Assembly (NCBI GenBank): GCA_903902345.1
Contig: CAIUUR010000414.1
Location: 2,353-66,352 of the forward strand
Origin: an uncultured Geobacteraceae bacterium
GTDB lineage: Bacteria; Desulfobacterota; Desulfuromonadia; Geobacterales; CAIOGM01
Length of the DNA stretch: 64,000 nt
Reading direction: 5' to 3'
The position numbers and the translations under genes are program-made. The notes beneath the pieces were generated by a model. The model was not told where the DNA came from and made no database searches. It was given only the letters and a program-made list of their open reading frames with translations. Below are positions 1 to 16,562 of this stretch, one piece after another (the first letter of the stretch is position 1; each line of letters starts with the position of its first letter).

Positions 1-78
1 GTCAGGGTTCTGGCCGCCGTACCGGGTGGGCTCGTCAGGGTATTGGACGCCATCAGGGTACAAAAAGAGGGTAACTAA
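1..78 (+). CDS. rplJ: 50S ribosomal protein L10, C-terminal end (partial; starts upstream of window)
   Basis: Frame 1 is open from base 1 to TAA 76-78 (...VLDAIRVQKEGN*). It lies 51 nt upstream of rplL, matching the conserved rplJ-rplL order. Too short to recognise on its own. Confidence 0.55.
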   Translation, partial: VRVLAAVPGGLVRVLDAIRVQKEGN

Positions 79-129
79 CCTCATTTAACCTTTTCACAAC
101 ATACTACCTACAAGAGAGGAATACGCACC

Positions 130-507
130 ATGGCTATTACCAAGGCTGAAGTCATCAGTTTCATCGAGAGCATGTCGGTTCTGGAACTCGCAGAACTCGT
201 GAAGGAACTGGAAGAGAAATTCGGTGTTTCCGCTGCCGCACCCGTGGCCGTTGCTGCCGCCGGTCCCGCCGCTGCTGCCGAAGTGGTTGAAGAAAAGACC
301 GAATTCGACGTTATTCTCAAGGTTGTGGGCCCCAACAAGATCAACGTCATCAAAGTTGTCCGCGCTCTCACCAGTCTGGGCCTGAAAGAAGCCAAGGATC
401 TCGTCGACGGAGCTCCCCAGGCTGTCAAGTCCGCTGTGCCCAAGGAAGAGGCTGATGCCGCCATGAAACAGCTGGTTGAAGTTGGCGCCGAAGTAGAAAT
501 CAAGTAA
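130..507 (+). CDS. rplL: 50S ribosomal protein L7/L12
   Basis: 125-aa [36 protein letters not shown]... with an Ala-rich hinge and a typical C-terminal domain ([22 protein letters not shown]). Confidence 0.97.
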   Translation: MAITKAEVISFIESMSVLELAELVKELEEKFGVSAAAPVAVAAAGPAAAAEVVEEKTEFDVILKVVGPNKINVIKVVRALTSLGLKEAKDLVDGAPQAVKSAVPKEEADAAMKQLVEVGAEVEIK

Positions 508-533
508 TATCGGATCACTCAAAGATCCTACTG

Positions 534-571
534 GCCAAGGCCGCCGTTGGCGGTCTTGGCTCTTCTTTTTG
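534..571 (+). terminator. rplL-rpoB intergenic hairpin plus T-run (attenuator/partial terminator)
   Basis: GCCAAGGCCGCC-GTT-GGCGGTCTTGGC (534-560) is followed by TCTTCTTTTTG. The position matches the known rplL-rpoB attenuator of other bacteria. Confidence 0.6.
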
Positions 572-678
572 TTGGCGGGCTTGTGCTTCGTGCTGCCAAC
601 TACTTGAAATCTTGACATTCAGGTAGTGCCCAAGAGCTTTATCCGGCCTGGGCCTTGCACCAAAGGAGACTCTCCATA

Positions 679-3600
679 ATGGCTTATTCTATTGCCAACA
701 ATCCCCTCTTGCGCAACAACTTCGCCAAGATCAAGAAAATCATCGACATTCCCAACCTCATCGATATCCAGAAGAATTCCTACAAGCGTTTTCTCCAGCT
801 CAATCTTCCCGCCGAATCACGGAAAAATTCCGGACTGGAAGCAGTCTTTCGCAGCGTCTTCCCTATCAGGGATTTCAGCGAGACAGCGTCCCTGGAATAT
901 GTCTCCTATTCCCTGGGACAGCCCAAATATGATGTGGAGGAGTGCCACCAGCGGGGGATGACCTTTGCCGCACCCATGAAGGTCAAGGTACGCCTTGTCG
1001 TCTGGGACCTGAATAAGGAAAACAGCGTCAGGTCCATCCGTGATATCAAGGAGCAGGAGGTCTATTTCGGCGAGATCCCGCTCATGACCGACAACGGCAC
1101 CTTTATCATCAACGGCACCGAACGGGTCATCGTCAGCCAGTTGCACCGCTCACCCGGTGTTTTCTATGACCACGACAAGGGGAAAACCCACTCCAGTGGC
1201 AAGATTCTCTACTCGGCCAGAGTCATACCTTATCGCGGTTCCTGGCTGGATTTCGAATTCGATCATAAGGATATCCTCTACGTCCGCATCGACCGTCGCC
1301 GAAAAATGCCGGCTACGGTGCTCCTCAAGGCACTGGATTTCTCCACGGAAGAGCTCCTCAACTTCTATTACCGGAGTGAAGAGATCCTGGTGCAGAGTGA
1401 CGAAAACGGTCTGCGCGTCTGCAAACAGTCGGACCCCGAGCTCCTCTCCACCCAGAAGGCTCTCACTGACATCATCGATCCCCTCAGTGGCGAAGTGCTG
1501 GTCAAGGCTAACCGCAAGTTTACCAAGGCTGCCATACGGAAGATGGCCGAGCATGGTATCAAGACCGTGCCTACTTCCCATGACGAGCTCATCGGTAAGT
1601 TCGCATCCCACGATATCGTCGATCCGGCCACGGGCGAAGTCGTTGTCGAGTGTAATGATGAGATCACCGTTGTCCGGTTGGAAGATATTCTTGGCCGGGG
1701 TATCCCCTCATTCAAGATTCTCTTCATCGATAATGTGCATGTGACCTCGTCCCTGCGCGATACGCTGCTGGCCGACAAGATCGATACCACGGAAAACGCC
1801 CTCATCGAGATCTACCGGCGCTTGCGCCCGGGGGATCCACCGACGGTTCGAAGCGCCACCATTCTTTTTGAGAACCTCTTCTTCAATCCCGAGCGGTATG
1901 ATCTCTCCGCCGTGGGTCGCTTGAAGATGAATCACAAACTGTCTCCCGAACTGAAAGATATCCCCCTGGAGACGCAGACCCTCACCAAGAAGGACGTCCT
2001 TGAGGTTGTCCGTTATCTCATCGACCTGAAGAACGGCAAAGGAACTATCGACGATATCGACCATCTGGGAAATCGGCGCGTCAGGGCCGTGGGTGAGCTC
2101 CTGGAAAACCAGTACCGTATCGGTCTGGTGCGGATGGAGCGGGCGATCAAGGAGCGGATGAGTCTGCAGGAGGTTGAAAACCTCATGCCCCATGATCTTA
2201 TCAACTCCAAACCGGTCTCCGCGGTGGTGAAGGAGTTCTTCGGATCCAGCCAGTTGTCTCAGTTCATGGATCAGACCAATCCGCTTTCCGAAGTGACCCA
2301 TAAGCGGCGTCTCTCCGCCCTGGGACCGGGGGGATTGACCCGGGAGCGGGCCGGTTTCGAGGTCCGTGACGTTCATCCCACCCACTACGGCCGTGTCTGC
2401 CCCATCGAGACACCGGAGGGGCCGAACATCGGTCTCATCGCGTCACTCTCCACCTATGCCCGAATCAATGAACATGGCTTCGTGGAAACACCGTATCGCA
2501 TTGTCAGCGAGGGACGAGTAACCAATGAGGTCCGTTTCTTTTCCGCTCTGGAGGAGGAGGGGCACGCCATTGCCCAGGCCAATGCCGAGATGGATGATAC
2601 GGGGCGGTTTACCAGTGATTATGTCTCCGCCCGCAAGTCCGGAGAGTTCATTCTAGTGAGCCGGGACGAGATTGAATTGATGGACGTTGCCCCCATGCAA
2701 CTGGTCTCCGTGGCGGCGTCACTTATCCCCTTCCTGGAAAACGATGACGCCAACCGTGCTCTCATGGGTTCCAATATGCAGCGGCAGGCGGTACCCCTTC
2801 TGAAGGCCGACTCGCCTCTGGTGGGTACGGGTATGGAGCGTACCGTGGCACGGGATTCGGGAGTCTCCGTGGTTGCGCGTCACAACGGTGTCGTTGAATC
2901 CGTGGACGCCTCGCGCATCGTCGTAAAAATCGACGAAGACGAGACCGACGAAACGGGTACCGGGGTTGACATCTATAACCTCATCAAGTTCGCCCGCTCC
3001 AACCAGAACACCTGTATCAACCAGCGCCCCGTGGTGGCGGTGGGTGACCATGTCATCAGCGGCGATGTCATTGCTGATGGTCCCTCCACCGACATGGGGG
3101 AACTAGCCCTTGGTCAGAACGTCATGGTCGCCTTCATGCCCTGGGGTGGGTATAACTTCGAGGACTCCATCCTCATCTCCGAACGGCTCGTCAAGGATGA
3201 CCGGTTTACCTCGATCCATATCGAAGAGTTCGAGTGTATTGCCCGTGACACCAAGTTGGGGAAAGAGGAGATCACTTCCGACATTCCCAACCTTGGGGAT
3301 GAAGCTCTGAAGAATCTTGACGAGTCCGGTATTATTCGCATCGGCGCCGAGGTCAAGCCGGGGGACATCCTCGTGGGGAAGATCACCCCCAAGGGGGAAT
3401 CCCAGCTTTCACCCGAGGAGAAACTCCTCAGGGCCATCTTCGGAGAGAAAGCCGGGGATGTTCGCGATACCTCCCTGCGGGTTCCTCCGGGAGTGGAGGG
3501 AACCATCATCGGAGCCAAGGTCTTCTCCCGCAAGGGGGCGGATAAGGACTCTCGCACCGAACTCATCGAACGGGCCGAGGAAATCAAGCTTCGTAAGGAT

Positions 3601-4812
3601 GAACAGGACGAAATCACCATCATCCGGAATTCGGCGAGGAGCAAGTTGAAGCGAATTCTCCTGGGTAAGACCGTGGTTGTCACCGTGGAAGACGGTGAAG
3701 GGCGTGTCCGGATTCCCCGGGGCGCCATCCTCACCGACGATCTACTGGATGGTATCGCCATGGATCGGTGGAGTGATCTCTCCCTGGAAGAGGGTGATGT
3801 CGCTGAAGAAAAAATCCGGTTGATCCTTGATACCTTGACCCAGCAGGTTGATATCATACACTATGTTTTCGCCGACAAGATCCAGAAGATGAAGCGGGGC
3901 GATGATCTTCCCCCCGGGGTCATCAAGATGGTCAAGGTCTATGTCGCCATCAAGCGTAAGCTCCAGGTCGGCGATAAAATGGCCGGTCGTCACGGTAACA
4001 AGGGGGTTGTTTCACGTATCCTCCCGGAAGAAGATATGCCGTACATGGAGGATGGCAGGCCGGTTGAACTGGTCCTGAATCCACTGGGTGTTCCGTCCCG
4101 TATGAACGTGGGACAGATTCTCGAAATCCATCTGGGATGGGCTGCCAAAGGAATCGGCTGGCAGATTGAGGAGTTTTTGGAAAAAAACTCACCATCGGAG
4201 CATATCAAGGACTATCTCAAGACTATCTACAGCGACGAAGCCATGGGCGTTTTTCTGGACACCCTGGATGATGACGAGTTGCACAAGGTTGCCCAGCGGT
4301 TGAAGCGTGGGGTGCCCATGGCATCTCCGGTCTTCGAGGGGGCTACGGAGGCCCAGGTCAAGGCGCTCATGGATAAATCCGGTTTTGCTAAGACTCGTCA
4401 GGTCACGCTCTTCGATGGCAAGTCCGGTGAACCGTTCAAGCATAAGGTCACGGTGGGGATCATGTATATTCTCAAACTCCACCATCTGGTCGATGACAAG
4501 ATCCATGCTCGTTCCATCGGACCCTACAGTCTTGTTACCCAGCAACCCCTGGGTGGTAAGGCTCAGTTCGGAGGTCAGCGACTGGGGGAGATGGAGGTCT
4601 GGGCTCTGGAAGCCTACGGTGCTTCCTATGCACTCCAGGAATTCCTTACCGTCAAGTCCGACGATGTGGCAGGCCGTACCCGTATGTACGAGGCCATTGT
4701 CAAGGGAAGGCACACTCTGGAACCAGGACTCCCCGAATCGTTCAACGTTCTCATCAAGGAGCTCCAGTCGCTCTGTCTCGACGTGGAACTGCTGGAGAGC
4801 GACGAAGAATAG
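679..4812 (+). CDS. rpoB: DNA-directed RNA polymerase subunit beta
   Basis: ORF 655..4812. Start moved to ATG 679 ([12 protein letters not shown]...), preceded by AAGGAG at 663-668. The ORF is of typical RpoB size with RpoB-like sequence throughout. Confidence 0.98.
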   Translation: MAYSIANNPLLRNNFAKIKKIIDIPNLIDIQKNSYKRFLQLNLPAESRKNSGLEAVFRSVFPIRDFSETASLEYVSYSLGQPKYDVEECHQRGMTFAAPMKVKVRLVVWDLNKENSVRSIRDIKEQEVYFGEIPLMTDNGTFIINGTERVIVSQLHRSPGVFYDHDKGKTHSSGKILYSARVIPYRGSWLDFEFDHKDILYVRIDRRRKMPATVLLKALDFSTEELLNFYYRSEEILVQSDENGLRVCKQSDPELLSTQKALTDIIDPLSGEVLVKANRKFTKAAIRKMAEHGIKTVPTSHDELIGKFASHDIVDPATGEVVVECNDEITVVRLEDILGRGIPSFKILFIDNVHVTSSLRDTLLADKIDTTENALIEIYRRLRPGDPPTVRSATILFENLFFNPERYDLSAVGRLKMNHKLSPELKDIPLETQTLTKKDVLEVVRYLIDLKNGKGTIDDIDHLGNRRVRAVGELLENQYRIGLVRMERAIKERMSLQEVENLMPHDLINSKPVSAVVKEFFGSSQLSQFMDQTNPLSEVTHKRRLSALGPGGLTRERAGFEVRDVHPTHYGRVCPIETPEGPNIGLIASLSTYARINEHGFVETPYRIVSEGRVTNEVRFFSALEEEGHAIAQANAEMDDTGRFTSDYVSARKSGEFILVSRDEIELMDVAPMQLVSVAASLIPFLENDDANRALMGSNMQRQAVPLLKADSPLVGTGMERTVARDSGVSVVARHNGVVESVDASRIVVKIDEDETDETGTGVDIYNLIKFARSNQNTCINQRPVVAVGDHVISGDVIADGPSTDMGELALGQNVMVAFMPWGGYNFEDSILISERLVKDDRFTSIHIEEFECIARDTKLGKEEITSDIPNLGDEALKNLDESGIIRIGAEVKPGDILVGKITPKGESQLSPEEKLLRAIFGEKAGDVRDTSLRVPPGVEGTIIGAKVFSRKGADKDSRTELIERAEEIKLRKDEQDEITIIRNSARSKLKRILLGKTVVVTVEDGEGRVRIPRGAILTDDLLDGIAMDRWSDLSLEEGDVAEEKIRLILDTLTQQVDIIHYVFADKIQKMKRGDDLPPGVIKMVKVYVAIKRKLQVGDKMAGRHGNKGVVSRILPEEDMPYMEDGRPVELVLNPLGVPSRMNVGQILEIHLGWAAKGIGWQIEEFLEKNSPSEHIKDYLKTIYSDEAMGVFLDTLDDDELHKVAQRLKRGVPMASPVFEGATEAQVKALMDKSGFAKTRQVTLFDGKSGEPFKHKVTVGIMYILKLHHLVDDKIHARSIGPYSLVTQQPLGGKAQFGGQRLGEMEVWALEAYGASYALQEFLTVKSDDVAGRTRMYEAIVKGRHTLEPGLPESFNVLIKELQSLCLDVELLESDEE

Positions 4813-4899
4813 GCGTGTGACGCAGTACGTGCGGCGTGCGACGGGTTGCGACACCCCAGCACGCTGCACGCAACGCGTAGCACGAAGACCGTGACGTAG
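4813..4899. repeat. Imperfect palindrome of GTGCGAC-like short units in the rpoB-rpoC spacer
   Basis: GTTGCG 4845-4850 pairs with CGCAAC 4869-4874. CGTGC 4835-4839 pairs with GCACG 4880-4884 across a symmetric 5x5 internal loop. Confidence 0.45.
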
Positions 4900-4926
4900 T
4901 CCAGCTCCGTTGAAGGAGGATACACC

Positions 4927-9108
<4,182 letters not shown>

Positions 9109-9153
9109 CAACTCACCGACTAACGCTTTTTTATCAGCTGACGTCGAAAAGAC

Positions 9154-9182
9154 TTGACAAGCCGGACGGCTTTTGATATTTT
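9154..9182 (+). promoter_or_regulatory. Candidate sigma70-type promoter of the str operon
   Basis: TTGACA 9154-9159, 17-nt spacer, TATTTT 9177-9182, about 70 nt upstream of rpsL. Confidence 0.5.
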
Positions 9183-9252
9183 CGTCAGGTTTTTCGCTCC
9201 AGAAGGGGATATCTGTCCCCTGTGACCTTGTAGTACGGGAGAATAACGTACG

Positions 9253-9624
9253 ATGCCAACCATCAATCAACTCATACGAATCGGCCGCGAGAGTAGAAAA
9301 GACAAATCCACAGCACCAGCGTTGAAGAGCTGCCCACAAAAACGTGGGGTCTGTGTCAGGGTTTATACCACGACGCCGAAAAAACCGAACTCTGCGCTCC
9401 GTAAGGTGGCCAGGGTGAGGCTGACCAACGGGATTGAGGTTACCTCATATATCCCCGGCGTTGGACACAACCTTCAGGAGCACTCAGTGGTGCTGATCCG
9501 CGGCGGTAGGGTCAAAGACCTTCCGGGTGTCAGGTATCACATCGTCCGGGGCACCCTTGACTCCGTCGGCGTCAAGGGCAGGTTAAAGAGCCGTTCTAAA
9601 TACGGCGCGAAGAGACCCAAGTAA
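9253..9624 (+). CDS. rpsL: 30S ribosomal protein S12
   Basis: [34 protein letters not shown]...[10 protein letters not shown], the canonical S12 sequence. Confidence 0.98.
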   Translation: MPTINQLIRIGRESRKDKSTAPALKSCPQKRGVCVRVYTTTPKKPNSALRKVARVRLTNGIEVTSYIPGVGHNLQEHSVVLIRGGRVKDLPGVRYHIVRGTLDSVGVKGRLKSRSKYGAKRPK

Positions 9625-9643
9625 GAGCAAGTGAGAGGTTGAC

Positions 9644-10114
9644 ATGCCAAGAAGAAGAGAAGTAGCCAAGCGCATCATAATTCCCGATCCTAAATATAAT
9701 GACAGGATCGTCGCCAAGCTGGTCAATGTTATCATGATCGGCGGTAAAAAGAGCACGGCAGAGAGGGCACTGTATGGCGCCCTTGAACTTGTAGCCCAAC
9801 GGGCCAACGAGGAGGCGATCAAGGTCCTCAAGAAATCCTTGGACAACATCAAGCCGATGCTTGAGGTTAAGTCGCGCCGAGTGGGAGGTTCTACCTATCA
9901 GGTTCCCATCGAAGTGCGTGCCGAGCGTCGTCTTGCCCTGGCCATGCGCTGGCTGACTCGTTATGCCGCCAAGCGCTCCGAGAAGACCCTGACTGACAAG
10001 CTGGCAGGTGAGATTCTGGATGCTTTCAATAACCGCGGTGCAGCCGTCAAGAAGCGTGAAGAGACGCATAAAATGGCTGAAGCAAACCGTGCGTTCGCTC
10101 ACTACCGCTGGTAG
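9644..10114 (+). CDS. rpsG: 30S ribosomal protein S7
   Basis: [28 protein letters not shown]...; follows rpsL as in the str operon. Confidence 0.98.
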   Translation: MPRRREVAKRIIIPDPKYNDRIVAKLVNVIMIGGKKSTAERALYGALELVAQRANEEAIKVLKKSLDNIKPMLEVKSRRVGGSTYQVPIEVRAERRLALAMRWLTRYAAKRSEKTLTDKLAGEILDAFNNRGAAVKKREETHKMAEANRAFAHYRW

Positions 10115-10150
10115 ATCATAGGATTCTGCCGTACGCCGGAGGAACTGTTT

Positions 10151-12229
10151 GTGGCTCGTCAAGTATCATTAGAAAAAACCCGGAATATCGGGATCATGGC
10201 TCATATAGACGCCGGCAAGACCACGACGACTGAGCGGATTCTCTATTATACGGGTGTCTCTCATAAAATCGGAGAGGTCCATGAGGGTACCGCTACCATG
10301 GACTGGATGGAGCAGGAGCAGGAGCGTGGTATCACCATAACCTCTGCTGCTACCACGTGTCACTGGAATGATCACCGGATCAACATCATCGACACGCCGG
10401 GCCATGTGGACTTCACCATCGAAGTCGAGCGCTCACTGCGAGTTCTTGACGGTGCGGTAGCTGTGTTCTGTTCGGTTGGTGGAGTAGAGCCGCAATCGGA
10501 AACAGTATGGCGTCAAGCTGACAAATACTGTGTACCTCGTCTGGCTTTCATTAATAAAATGGACAGGATCGGCGCCGATTTCTTTCGCGGCGTATCGATG
10601 ATAAAGGACCGGTTGAAGGCGAATCCGGTTCCCATTCAGCTCCCCGTAGGGAAGGAAGATTACTTCAAGGGGATCATCGACCTCGTCACTATGAAAGCTA
10701 TCATCTGGGACGAAGAGTCCCTGGGTGCTACTTTTCATGAAGAGGATATCAGCGCTGAAGACCTTGATCTCGCCCAGGAATATCGGGAAAAGCTGATCGA
10801 GGAGCTCTCCAGTCATGATGATGCCCTCATGGAGAAGTATCTGGCAGGTGAAGCTCTGACCAATGAAGAAATAGTTGATGCGATCAGAACCTCAACCATC
10901 GCCATAAAGATCTGCCCGGTGGTCTGCGGCTCTGCCTTTAAAAATAAAGGGGTACAGAATCTGCTGGATTCCGTCATTGCGTATCTCCCTTCGCCTCTGG
11001 ATATTCCCCCCATCAAAGGTGTTATCGAGGGGAGTGATGAGGAGATTGAGCGCAAGGCTGATGATAAGGAACCCTTCTCGGCGTTGGCGTTCAAGATCAT
11101 GACTGACCCCTTTGTCGGGCAGTTGACTTTTTTCCGTGTTTATTCCGGCGTCCTGGCTTCAGGATCTTATGTATATAACTCAACCAAAGGTAAACGCGAG
11201 CGTATCGGGCGTATCCTCAAGATGCACGCCAACAAGCGTGAAGAGATCAAAGAGGTCTACGCCGGTGATATCGCCGCGGCAGTGGGGCTTAAATACTCCA
11301 CCACCGGCGACACGCTCTGTGAAGAAGCCAATCCGGTTATTCTCGAGTCCATAGAATTTCCCGATCCGGTTATCTCCATTGCCATCGAGCCGAAAACGAA
11401 GGCCGACCAGGAAAGATTGGGAATCAGTCTCCAGAAACTCGCCAGTGAAGACCCTTCGTTCCGGGTCAGAACTGACGAAGAAACGGGACAGACAATCATA
11501 TCGGGGATGGGAGAACTCCATCTGGAAATCATCGTCGACCGGATGATGCGTGAATTCAAGGTAGAGGCGAATGTGGGTAAACCGCAGGTAGCTTACCGTG
11601 AAACCATCACGAGAAAAGCCAAGGTCGAGGGAAAATTCGTACGTCAGTCCGGTGGTCGCGGCCAGTATGGTCATGTCTGGATCGAAATGGAGCCTCAGGA
11701 AGCCGGTAAGGGTTATGAGTTTGTTGATGCGGTCAAGGGTGGTGTCATCCCCCGCGAGTTCATACCTGCCGTTGACAAGGGAATTCGTGAAGCCATGGAT
11801 ACCGGGGTTCTTGCCGGATTCCCCATGGTGGATTTCAAAGTGACACTGATAGAAGGTTCATACCACGACGTGGACTCATCGGAAATGGCATTCAAAATCG
11901 CCGGTTCCATGGCATTCAAGGAAGGGTGCGCCAAAGCAGGCGCAGTGATCCTCGAGCCGATCATGTCGGTGGAAGTCGTGGTACCCGAAGAGTATATGGG
12001 TGATGTCATTGGTGACCTGAACTCGCGACGTGGTCGAATCATGGGTATGGAAGGACGGGCAGGAGCCCAGGTTGTCAATTCCATGGTGCCGCTGGCTCAG
12101 ATGTTCGGTTACTCAACCGATCTTCGTTCGGCTACCCAGGGTAGGGCAACCTACTCCATGACCTTTGATCATTACGAACACGCACCCAAGTCGGTGTCTG
12201 AAGATATTATCGCTAAAGTAAAAGGCTGA
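10151..12229 (+). CDS. fusA: Elongation factor G
   Basis: 692-aa ORF with GTG start after GGAGGA. GTPase motifs AHIDAGKTT and DTPGHVDF. Confidence 0.98.
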   Translation: MARQVSLEKTRNIGIMAHIDAGKTTTTERILYYTGVSHKIGEVHEGTATMDWMEQEQERGITITSAATTCHWNDHRINIIDTPGHVDFTIEVERSLRVLDGAVAVFCSVGGVEPQSETVWRQADKYCVPRLAFINKMDRIGADFFRGVSMIKDRLKANPVPIQLPVGKEDYFKGIIDLVTMKAIIWDEESLGATFHEEDISAEDLDLAQEYREKLIEELSSHDDALMEKYLAGEALTNEEIVDAIRTSTIAIKICPVVCGSAFKNKGVQNLLDSVIAYLPSPLDIPPIKGVIEGSDEEIERKADDKEPFSALAFKIMTDPFVGQLTFFRVYSGVLASGSYVYNSTKGKRERIGRILKMHANKREEIKEVYAGDIAAAVGLKYSTTGDTLCEEANPVILESIEFPDPVISIAIEPKTKADQERLGISLQKLASEDPSFRVRTDEETGQTIISGMGELHLEIIVDRMMREFKVEANVGKPQVAYRETITRKAKVEGKFVRQSGGRGQYGHVWIEMEPQEAGKGYEFVDAVKGGVIPREFIPAVDKGIREAMDTGVLAGFPMVDFKVTLIEGSYHDVDSSEMAFKIAGSMAFKEGCAKAGAVILEPIMSVEVVVPEEYMGDVIGDLNSRRGRIMGMEGRAGAQVVNSMVPLAQMFGYSTDLRSATQGRATYSMTFDHYEHAPKSVSEDIIAKVKG

Positions 12230-12246
12230 TAAGAAGGAGATATCCC

Positions 12247-13437
12247 ATGGCCAAGGCTAAATTTTCCCGAAACAAACCGCATGTTAATATCGGAACGATC
12301 GGTCACGTCGACCACGGCAAGACGACTCTTACCGCAGCGATAACGAAAGTTCTTGCAGGCAAGGGGCAGGCTGAATTCAAGGCCTTCGATCAGATCGATA
12401 ACGCTCCGGAAGAGCGTGAGCGGGGGATCACTATCGCCACCGCACATGTCGAGTACGAAACCGATAAGCGTCATTATGCCCACGTCGACTGTCCGGGACA
12501 TGCTGACTATGTCAAGAATATGATCACCGGAGCGGCGCAGATGGATGGCGCCATCCTGGTTGTCTCTGCGGCTGACGGTCCCATGCCTCAGACTCGCGAG
12601 CATATTCTCCTGGCTCGTCAGGTCGGCGTACCCTATATGGTCGTTTTTCTCAACAAAGCCGACATGGTTGATGACGAAGAACTGCTGGAGCTCGTGGAGT
12701 TGGAAATCAGGGAACTCCTCTCATCCTATGATTTCCCCGGTGATGATATTCCTATCATCAAGGGTTCTGCTCTGCAGGCCCTCAATGGTGACGCGGGCCC
12801 TCTGGCTCAGCCGGCCATTGAAGCACTCATGGATGCTGTGGACAGCTATATTCCGGAACCTGTTCGCGCCATTGATAAACCTTTCCTCATGCCTGTTGAA
12901 GATGTCTTCTCCATCTCCGGTCGCGGTACGGTCGCAACAGGGCGTGTGGAGCGGGGGATCGTGAAGGTCGGTGAGGAAGTCGAGATAGTTGGTATCAAGA
13001 AAACCGCTAAGACCACCGTTACCGGAGTTGAGATGTTCCGGAAACTCCTGGATGAAGGTCGTGCCGGTGACAATATCGGTGCTCTTCTCCGCGGCGTAAA
13101 GCGTGAGGATGTGGAGCGCGGACAGGTTTTAGCCAAGCCGGGAAGTATAACCCCACATACCAAGTTCAATGCCGAAGCTTACGTTCTGACTAAAGAAGAG
13201 GGCGGTCGTCACACCCCGTTCTTTAACGGGTATCGTCCCCAGTTTTACTTCAGGACAACTGATGTAACGGGAGTTGCCGAATTGCCCGAGGGAATCGAGA
13301 TGGTCATGCCTGGCGACAATGTGGCCATGATTGTGAAGCTGATCACACCCATCGCCATGGATGAAGGACTTCGCTTCGCTATCCGCGAAGGTGGCAGGAC
13401 TGTCGGTGCAGGGGTTGTCAGCGCCATCATCGAATAG
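12247..13437 (+). CDS. tuf: Elongation factor Tu
   Basis: 396 aa, [33 protein letters not shown]...DCPGHADY. Confidence 0.99.
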   Translation: MAKAKFSRNKPHVNIGTIGHVDHGKTTLTAAITKVLAGKGQAEFKAFDQIDNAPEERERGITIATAHVEYETDKRHYAHVDCPGHADYVKNMITGAAQMDGAILVVSAADGPMPQTREHILLARQVGVPYMVVFLNKADMVDDEELLELVELEIRELLSSYDFPGDDIPIIKGSALQALNGDAGPLAQPAIEALMDAVDSYIPEPVRAIDKPFLMPVEDVFSISGRGTVATGRVERGIVKVGEEVEIVGIKKTAKTTVTGVEMFRKLLDEGRAGDNIGALLRGVKREDVERGQVLAKPGSITPHTKFNAEAYVLTKEEGGRHTPFFNGYRPQFYFRTTDVTGVAELPEGIEMVMPGDNVAMIVKLITPIAMDEGLRFAIREGGRTVGAGVVSAIIE

Positions 13438-13444
13438 AAAATCG

Positions 13445-13495
13445 GTTCTAAGTTCCACGTTTAAAACCTGGAACCTGGGACATAGAACATAGAAC
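13445..13495. repeat. Hairpin built from heptamer units (NNRGRAC) in the tuf-rpsJ spacer
   Basis: Left arm GTTCTAA GTTCCAC (13445-13458) is the antisense of units in the right arm CTGGAAC CTGGGAC ATAGAAC ATAGAAC (13468-13495). The loop GTTTAAAAC is itself near-palindromic. Confidence 0.6.
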
Positions 13496-13514
13496 TACGA
13501 CTTTAAGAGGACTT

Positions 13515-13823
13515 ATGCAAACCCAGAAGATTCGTATCCGTTTAAGGGCCTATGACCACAAGCTGCTTGACCAGTCAGTCGGTGAAATTGTCGACACGGC
13601 CAAACGCACCGGAGCTCGGGTAGCAGGTCCGATTCCGCTCCCCACTGTCATCAATAAATATTGCGTCCTGCGTGGACCTCATGTTGACAAGAAGTCTCGC
13701 GAGCAGTTCGAGATAAGAACTCACAAAAGGCTGATTGACATCCTTGATCCGACGCAGCAAACGGTTGACGCGCTGATGAAGCTCGACTTATCAGCCGGTG
13801 TGGACGTGGAAATTAAGCTCTAA
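13515..13823 (+). CDS. rpsJ: 30S ribosomal protein S10
   Basis: [21 protein letters not shown]...; first gene of the S10 operon. Confidence 0.98.
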   Translation: MQTQKIRIRLRAYDHKLLDQSVGEIVDTAKRTGARVAGPIPLPTVINKYCVLRGPHVDKKSREQFEIRTHKRLIDILDPTQQTVDALMKLDLSAGVDVEIKL

Positions 13824-13846
13824 ATTCGACAATAGGAATTGCTGCC

Positions 13847-14479
13847 ATGAAGAAGGGTTTGATTGGAAAAAAAATTGGTATGACGCAGATATTTGCCGAC
13901 GACGGTCGCTGTATTCCGGTAACTGTTGTCGAGGCAGGTCCCTGTGTCGTAGTGCAGAAAAAAACTGCCGACAAAGATGGGTATAGTGCGCTGCAGATGG
14001 GATTTGGCAGTAAGGCCACTCATCGCGTCAACAGACCGCTTATGGGACACTGCCGGGCAGCCGGTAAGGGAGCTTTCGAGGCTCTTCGTGAACTTAAACT
14101 TGCTGACGCCGATTCGTTTGCAGTGGGTGATGTTCTGACTGCCGACCTGTTCGCTCCCGGTGACATCATTGATGTAACGGGCACGAGTATCGGTAAGGGT
14201 TTTCAGGGTGTCATGAAGCGTTGGGGATTCAAGGGTGGACGGGCGTCCCACGGATCACGTTTTCATCGTGCTCCCGGTTCCATCGGCTGCTCGGCGACCC
14301 CTTCGCGTGTCTTCAAGGGAAAGAAGATGCCGGGGCAGATGGGAAATGTCCGTGTGACTATCCAGAAACTACAGGTGGTACGGGTCGATGTAGCCGATAA
14401 TCTGATTCTGATCAAGGGTGCTATTCCCGGTTCAGCTAACGGAATCGTCCTGATCAAGAGCAGTGTCAAGGCCAAGTAA
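13847..14479 (+). CDS. rplC: 50S ribosomal protein L3
   Basis: [16 protein letters not shown]...; conserved operon position. Confidence 0.97.
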   Translation: MKKGLIGKKIGMTQIFADDGRCIPVTVVEAGPCVVVQKKTADKDGYSALQMGFGSKATHRVNRPLMGHCRAAGKGAFEALRELKLADADSFAVGDVLTADLFAPGDIIDVTGTSIGKGFQGVMKRWGFKGGRASHGSRFHRAPGSIGCSATPSRVFKGKKMPGQMGNVRVTIQKLQVVRVDVADNLILIKGAIPGSANGIVLIKSSVKAK

Positions 14480-14493
14480 GTTCGGAGAGAGTT

Positions 14494-15114
14494 ATGGCGA
14501 TTGTAGATGTATTCGATATTAACAGGAAGATTGTGGGCCAGCTCGAACTGAGTGACGCCGTATTCAATACCGACGTGAAGGAATATCTCATTCACGAAGC
14601 GGTTAAGGTGCAACTTGCCAATCGTCGTGCGGGTACCGCAGCCGTGAAGAATCGTTCCGCGGTATCCGGCAGCGGAAAGAAACCGTTCAAGCAGAAGGGG
14701 ACCGGCGGTGCGCGTCAAGGTTGCAAGCGTGCGCCACAGTATCCGGGCGGTGGTGTTGCTTTCGGACCTCAGCCGAAAACCTATAATCTTAGGATGAATA
14801 AAAAGGCTCGCCGTGCGGCAATCTGCTCTGCACTCTCCATGCTCTTTAAAGAGAACAAGCTGACTGTCATGAATAATCTGGATTTGAGCTCCATCTCCAC
14901 GAAAGGTTTTGTCGATGTCCTCAACACCTTCGAGTTGAGCAAGGCTCTTGTCGTTGCAGATGCCGGTCGTAATCTGGAGCTTTCCGCACGTAACGTACGT
15001 GATGTGCGTCTGCTGAAGCCGGAAGCACTGACCATATTCGATATCATGAAATTCCAGAATCTTATGCTGACGCAGGATGCGGTCCGCAAGATGGAAGGAG
15101 CGCTCCAGTCATGA
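14494..15114 (+). CDS. rplD: 50S ribosomal protein L4
   Basis: 206 aa containing [15 protein letters not shown]; conserved operon position. Confidence 0.97.
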   Translation: MAIVDVFDINRKIVGQLELSDAVFNTDVKEYLIHEAVKVQLANRRAGTAAVKNRSAVSGSGKKPFKQKGTGGARQGCKRAPQYPGGGVAFGPQPKTYNLRMNKKARRAAICSALSMLFKENKLTVMNNLDLSSISTKGFVDVLNTFELSKALVVADAGRNLELSARNVRDVRLLKPEALTIFDIMKFQNLMLTQDAVRKMEGALQS

Positions 15115-15395
15115 ACCCTTTTCAGGTCATAAAGAAGCCCCTCATAACGGAAAAAACATCGCTTGGCAAGGATGAGAACAATCTGGTTGCCTTCGTCGTA
15201 GACCGTGCGGCCACCAAGATCGAGATCAAGCAGGCAGTCGAGAGATTCTTCAAGACTGAAGTGAAGGGCGTTAATACCGTTAATGTCGCAGGCAAGCGGA
15301 AGCGCTTCGGCAAACGCGAGGGAAAACGTTCCAACTGGAAAAAGGCCTATGTAACCCTTAAAGAGGGCAGCAGCGTCGATTTCTTTGAAGTCTAA
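15111..15395 (+). CDS. rplW: 50S ribosomal protein L23
   Basis: 94 aa, [17 protein letters not shown]...; 4-nt overlap with rplD. Confidence 0.97.
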   Translation: MNPFQVIKKPLITEKTSLGKDENNLVAFVVDRAATKIEIKQAVERFFKTEVKGVNTVNVAGKRKRFGKREGKRSNWKKAYVTLKEGSSVDFFEV

Positions 15396-15419
15396 TACCC
15401 CTGTGGTGGAGTAACAAAA

Positions 15420-16244
15420 ATGGCAATCAAGAGTTATAAACCTACATCTGCCGGACGGCGGCACCAGACCTGTTCAACCTTTGAGGAGATAACGACCTCC
15501 ACTCCGGAGAAGTCGCTTCTCGAGACACTCAAAAAGAGTGGCGGTAGAAACAGCTACGGTCGAGTAACCGCACGGCACATCGGCGGCGGGCATAAGCAAA
15601 AGTATCGCATCATCGATTTTCGTCGCAATAAAACAGATATACCTGCTATAGTGGCCACCATCGAATACGACCCGAACCGTACGGCGCGCATCGCGCTTCT
15701 CAACTACGTCGATGGCGAGAAACGCTATATTCTTGCTCCTAATAACCTGAAGGTTGGTGACAAGGTCATTGCCAGCGCCGATGCCGATATCAAACCAGGT
15801 AATGCCCTGCCGATAAAAGCAATCCCGCTGGGTACGATCATCCACAACATCGAGTTGAAGATCGGCAAGGGGGGGCAGATGGCGCGCAGCGCCGGTACCT
15901 TCGCCCAGCTCATGAATAAAGAAGGGGCGTACGCACAGGTAAAACTTCCCTCTGGTGAAGTCCGGATGGTGCTCCAGGAGTGCATGGCTACCATCGGTCA
16001 GGTAGGCAATCTTGATTCCGAGAAAGTATGTCTTGGAAAAGCCGGCCGGGCGCGTTGGTTGGGCCGTCGTCCCAAGGTCCGTGGTGTCGCCATGAACCCG
16101 GTTGATCATCCCCATGGTGGTGGTGAAGGACGTACTTCCGGTGGCCGTCATCCGGTTACTCCCTGGGGTATCCCCACAAAAGGATACAAGACTCGGACAA
16201 ATAAGAGATCAACTCCCTTCATAATCAAGAAGCGGACTAAATAA
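15420..16244 (+). CDS. rplB: 50S ribosomal protein L2
   Basis: 274 aa, [14 protein letters not shown]...[13 protein letters not shown]. Confidence 0.98.
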   Translation: MAIKSYKPTSAGRRHQTCSTFEEITTSTPEKSLLETLKKSGGRNSYGRVTARHIGGGHKQKYRIIDFRRNKTDIPAIVATIEYDPNRTARIALLNYVDGEKRYILAPNNLKVGDKVIASADADIKPGNALPIKAIPLGTIIHNIELKIGKGGQMARSAGTFAQLMNKEGAYAQVKLPSGEVRMVLQECMATIGQVGNLDSEKVCLGKAGRARWLGRRPKVRGVAMNPVDHPHGGGEGRTSGGRHPVTPWGIPTKGYKTRTNKRSTPFIIKKRTK

Positions 16245-16266
16245 TACTCGTTAAAGGACTGACACG

Positions 16267-16545
16267 ATGGCACGTTCGATCAAAAAGGGCCCCTTTGTCG
16301 ATGAACACCTCGCCAAAAAGGTAGAGGCTGAGCAGGTTTCAAAGAAGATCATCAAGACCTGGTCACGTCGCTCTACCATTACTCCCGACTTTATCGGCCT
16401 GAGCTTTGCCGTTCATAACGGCAAGAAGTTCATCCCGGTTTTCGTCAGCGAAAACATGGTCGGGCATAAACTTGGCGAGTTTTCCCCAACGCGGACTTTT
16501 TACGGTCACGCTGCCGATAAGAAGAGCAAGATGAAGAAGAAGTAG
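16267..16545 (+). CDS. rpsS: 30S ribosomal protein S19
   Basis: [15 protein letters not shown]...[10 protein letters not shown]. Confidence 0.98.
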   Translation: MARSIKKGPFVDEHLAKKVEAEQVSKKIIKTWSRRSTITPDFIGLSFAVHNGKKFIPVFVSENMVGHKLGEFSPTRTFYGHAADKKSKMKKK

Positions 16546-16562
16546 GGTAAAGGAGCAAAAAC

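Noticed and set aside
94-618. 174-aa and 136-aa - strand ORFs opposite rplL.
   Set aside because: They are antisense to an unmistakable L7/L12 gene, with low-complexity translations.
611-623. 13-nt identity CTTGACATTCAGG shared by the rplL-rpoB spacer (611-623) and the candidate 6S promoter (57598-57610).
   Set aside because: A rough estimate gives tens of chance 13-mer matches expected in a 64-kb window on two strands. The first copy also lacks a credible -10 element.
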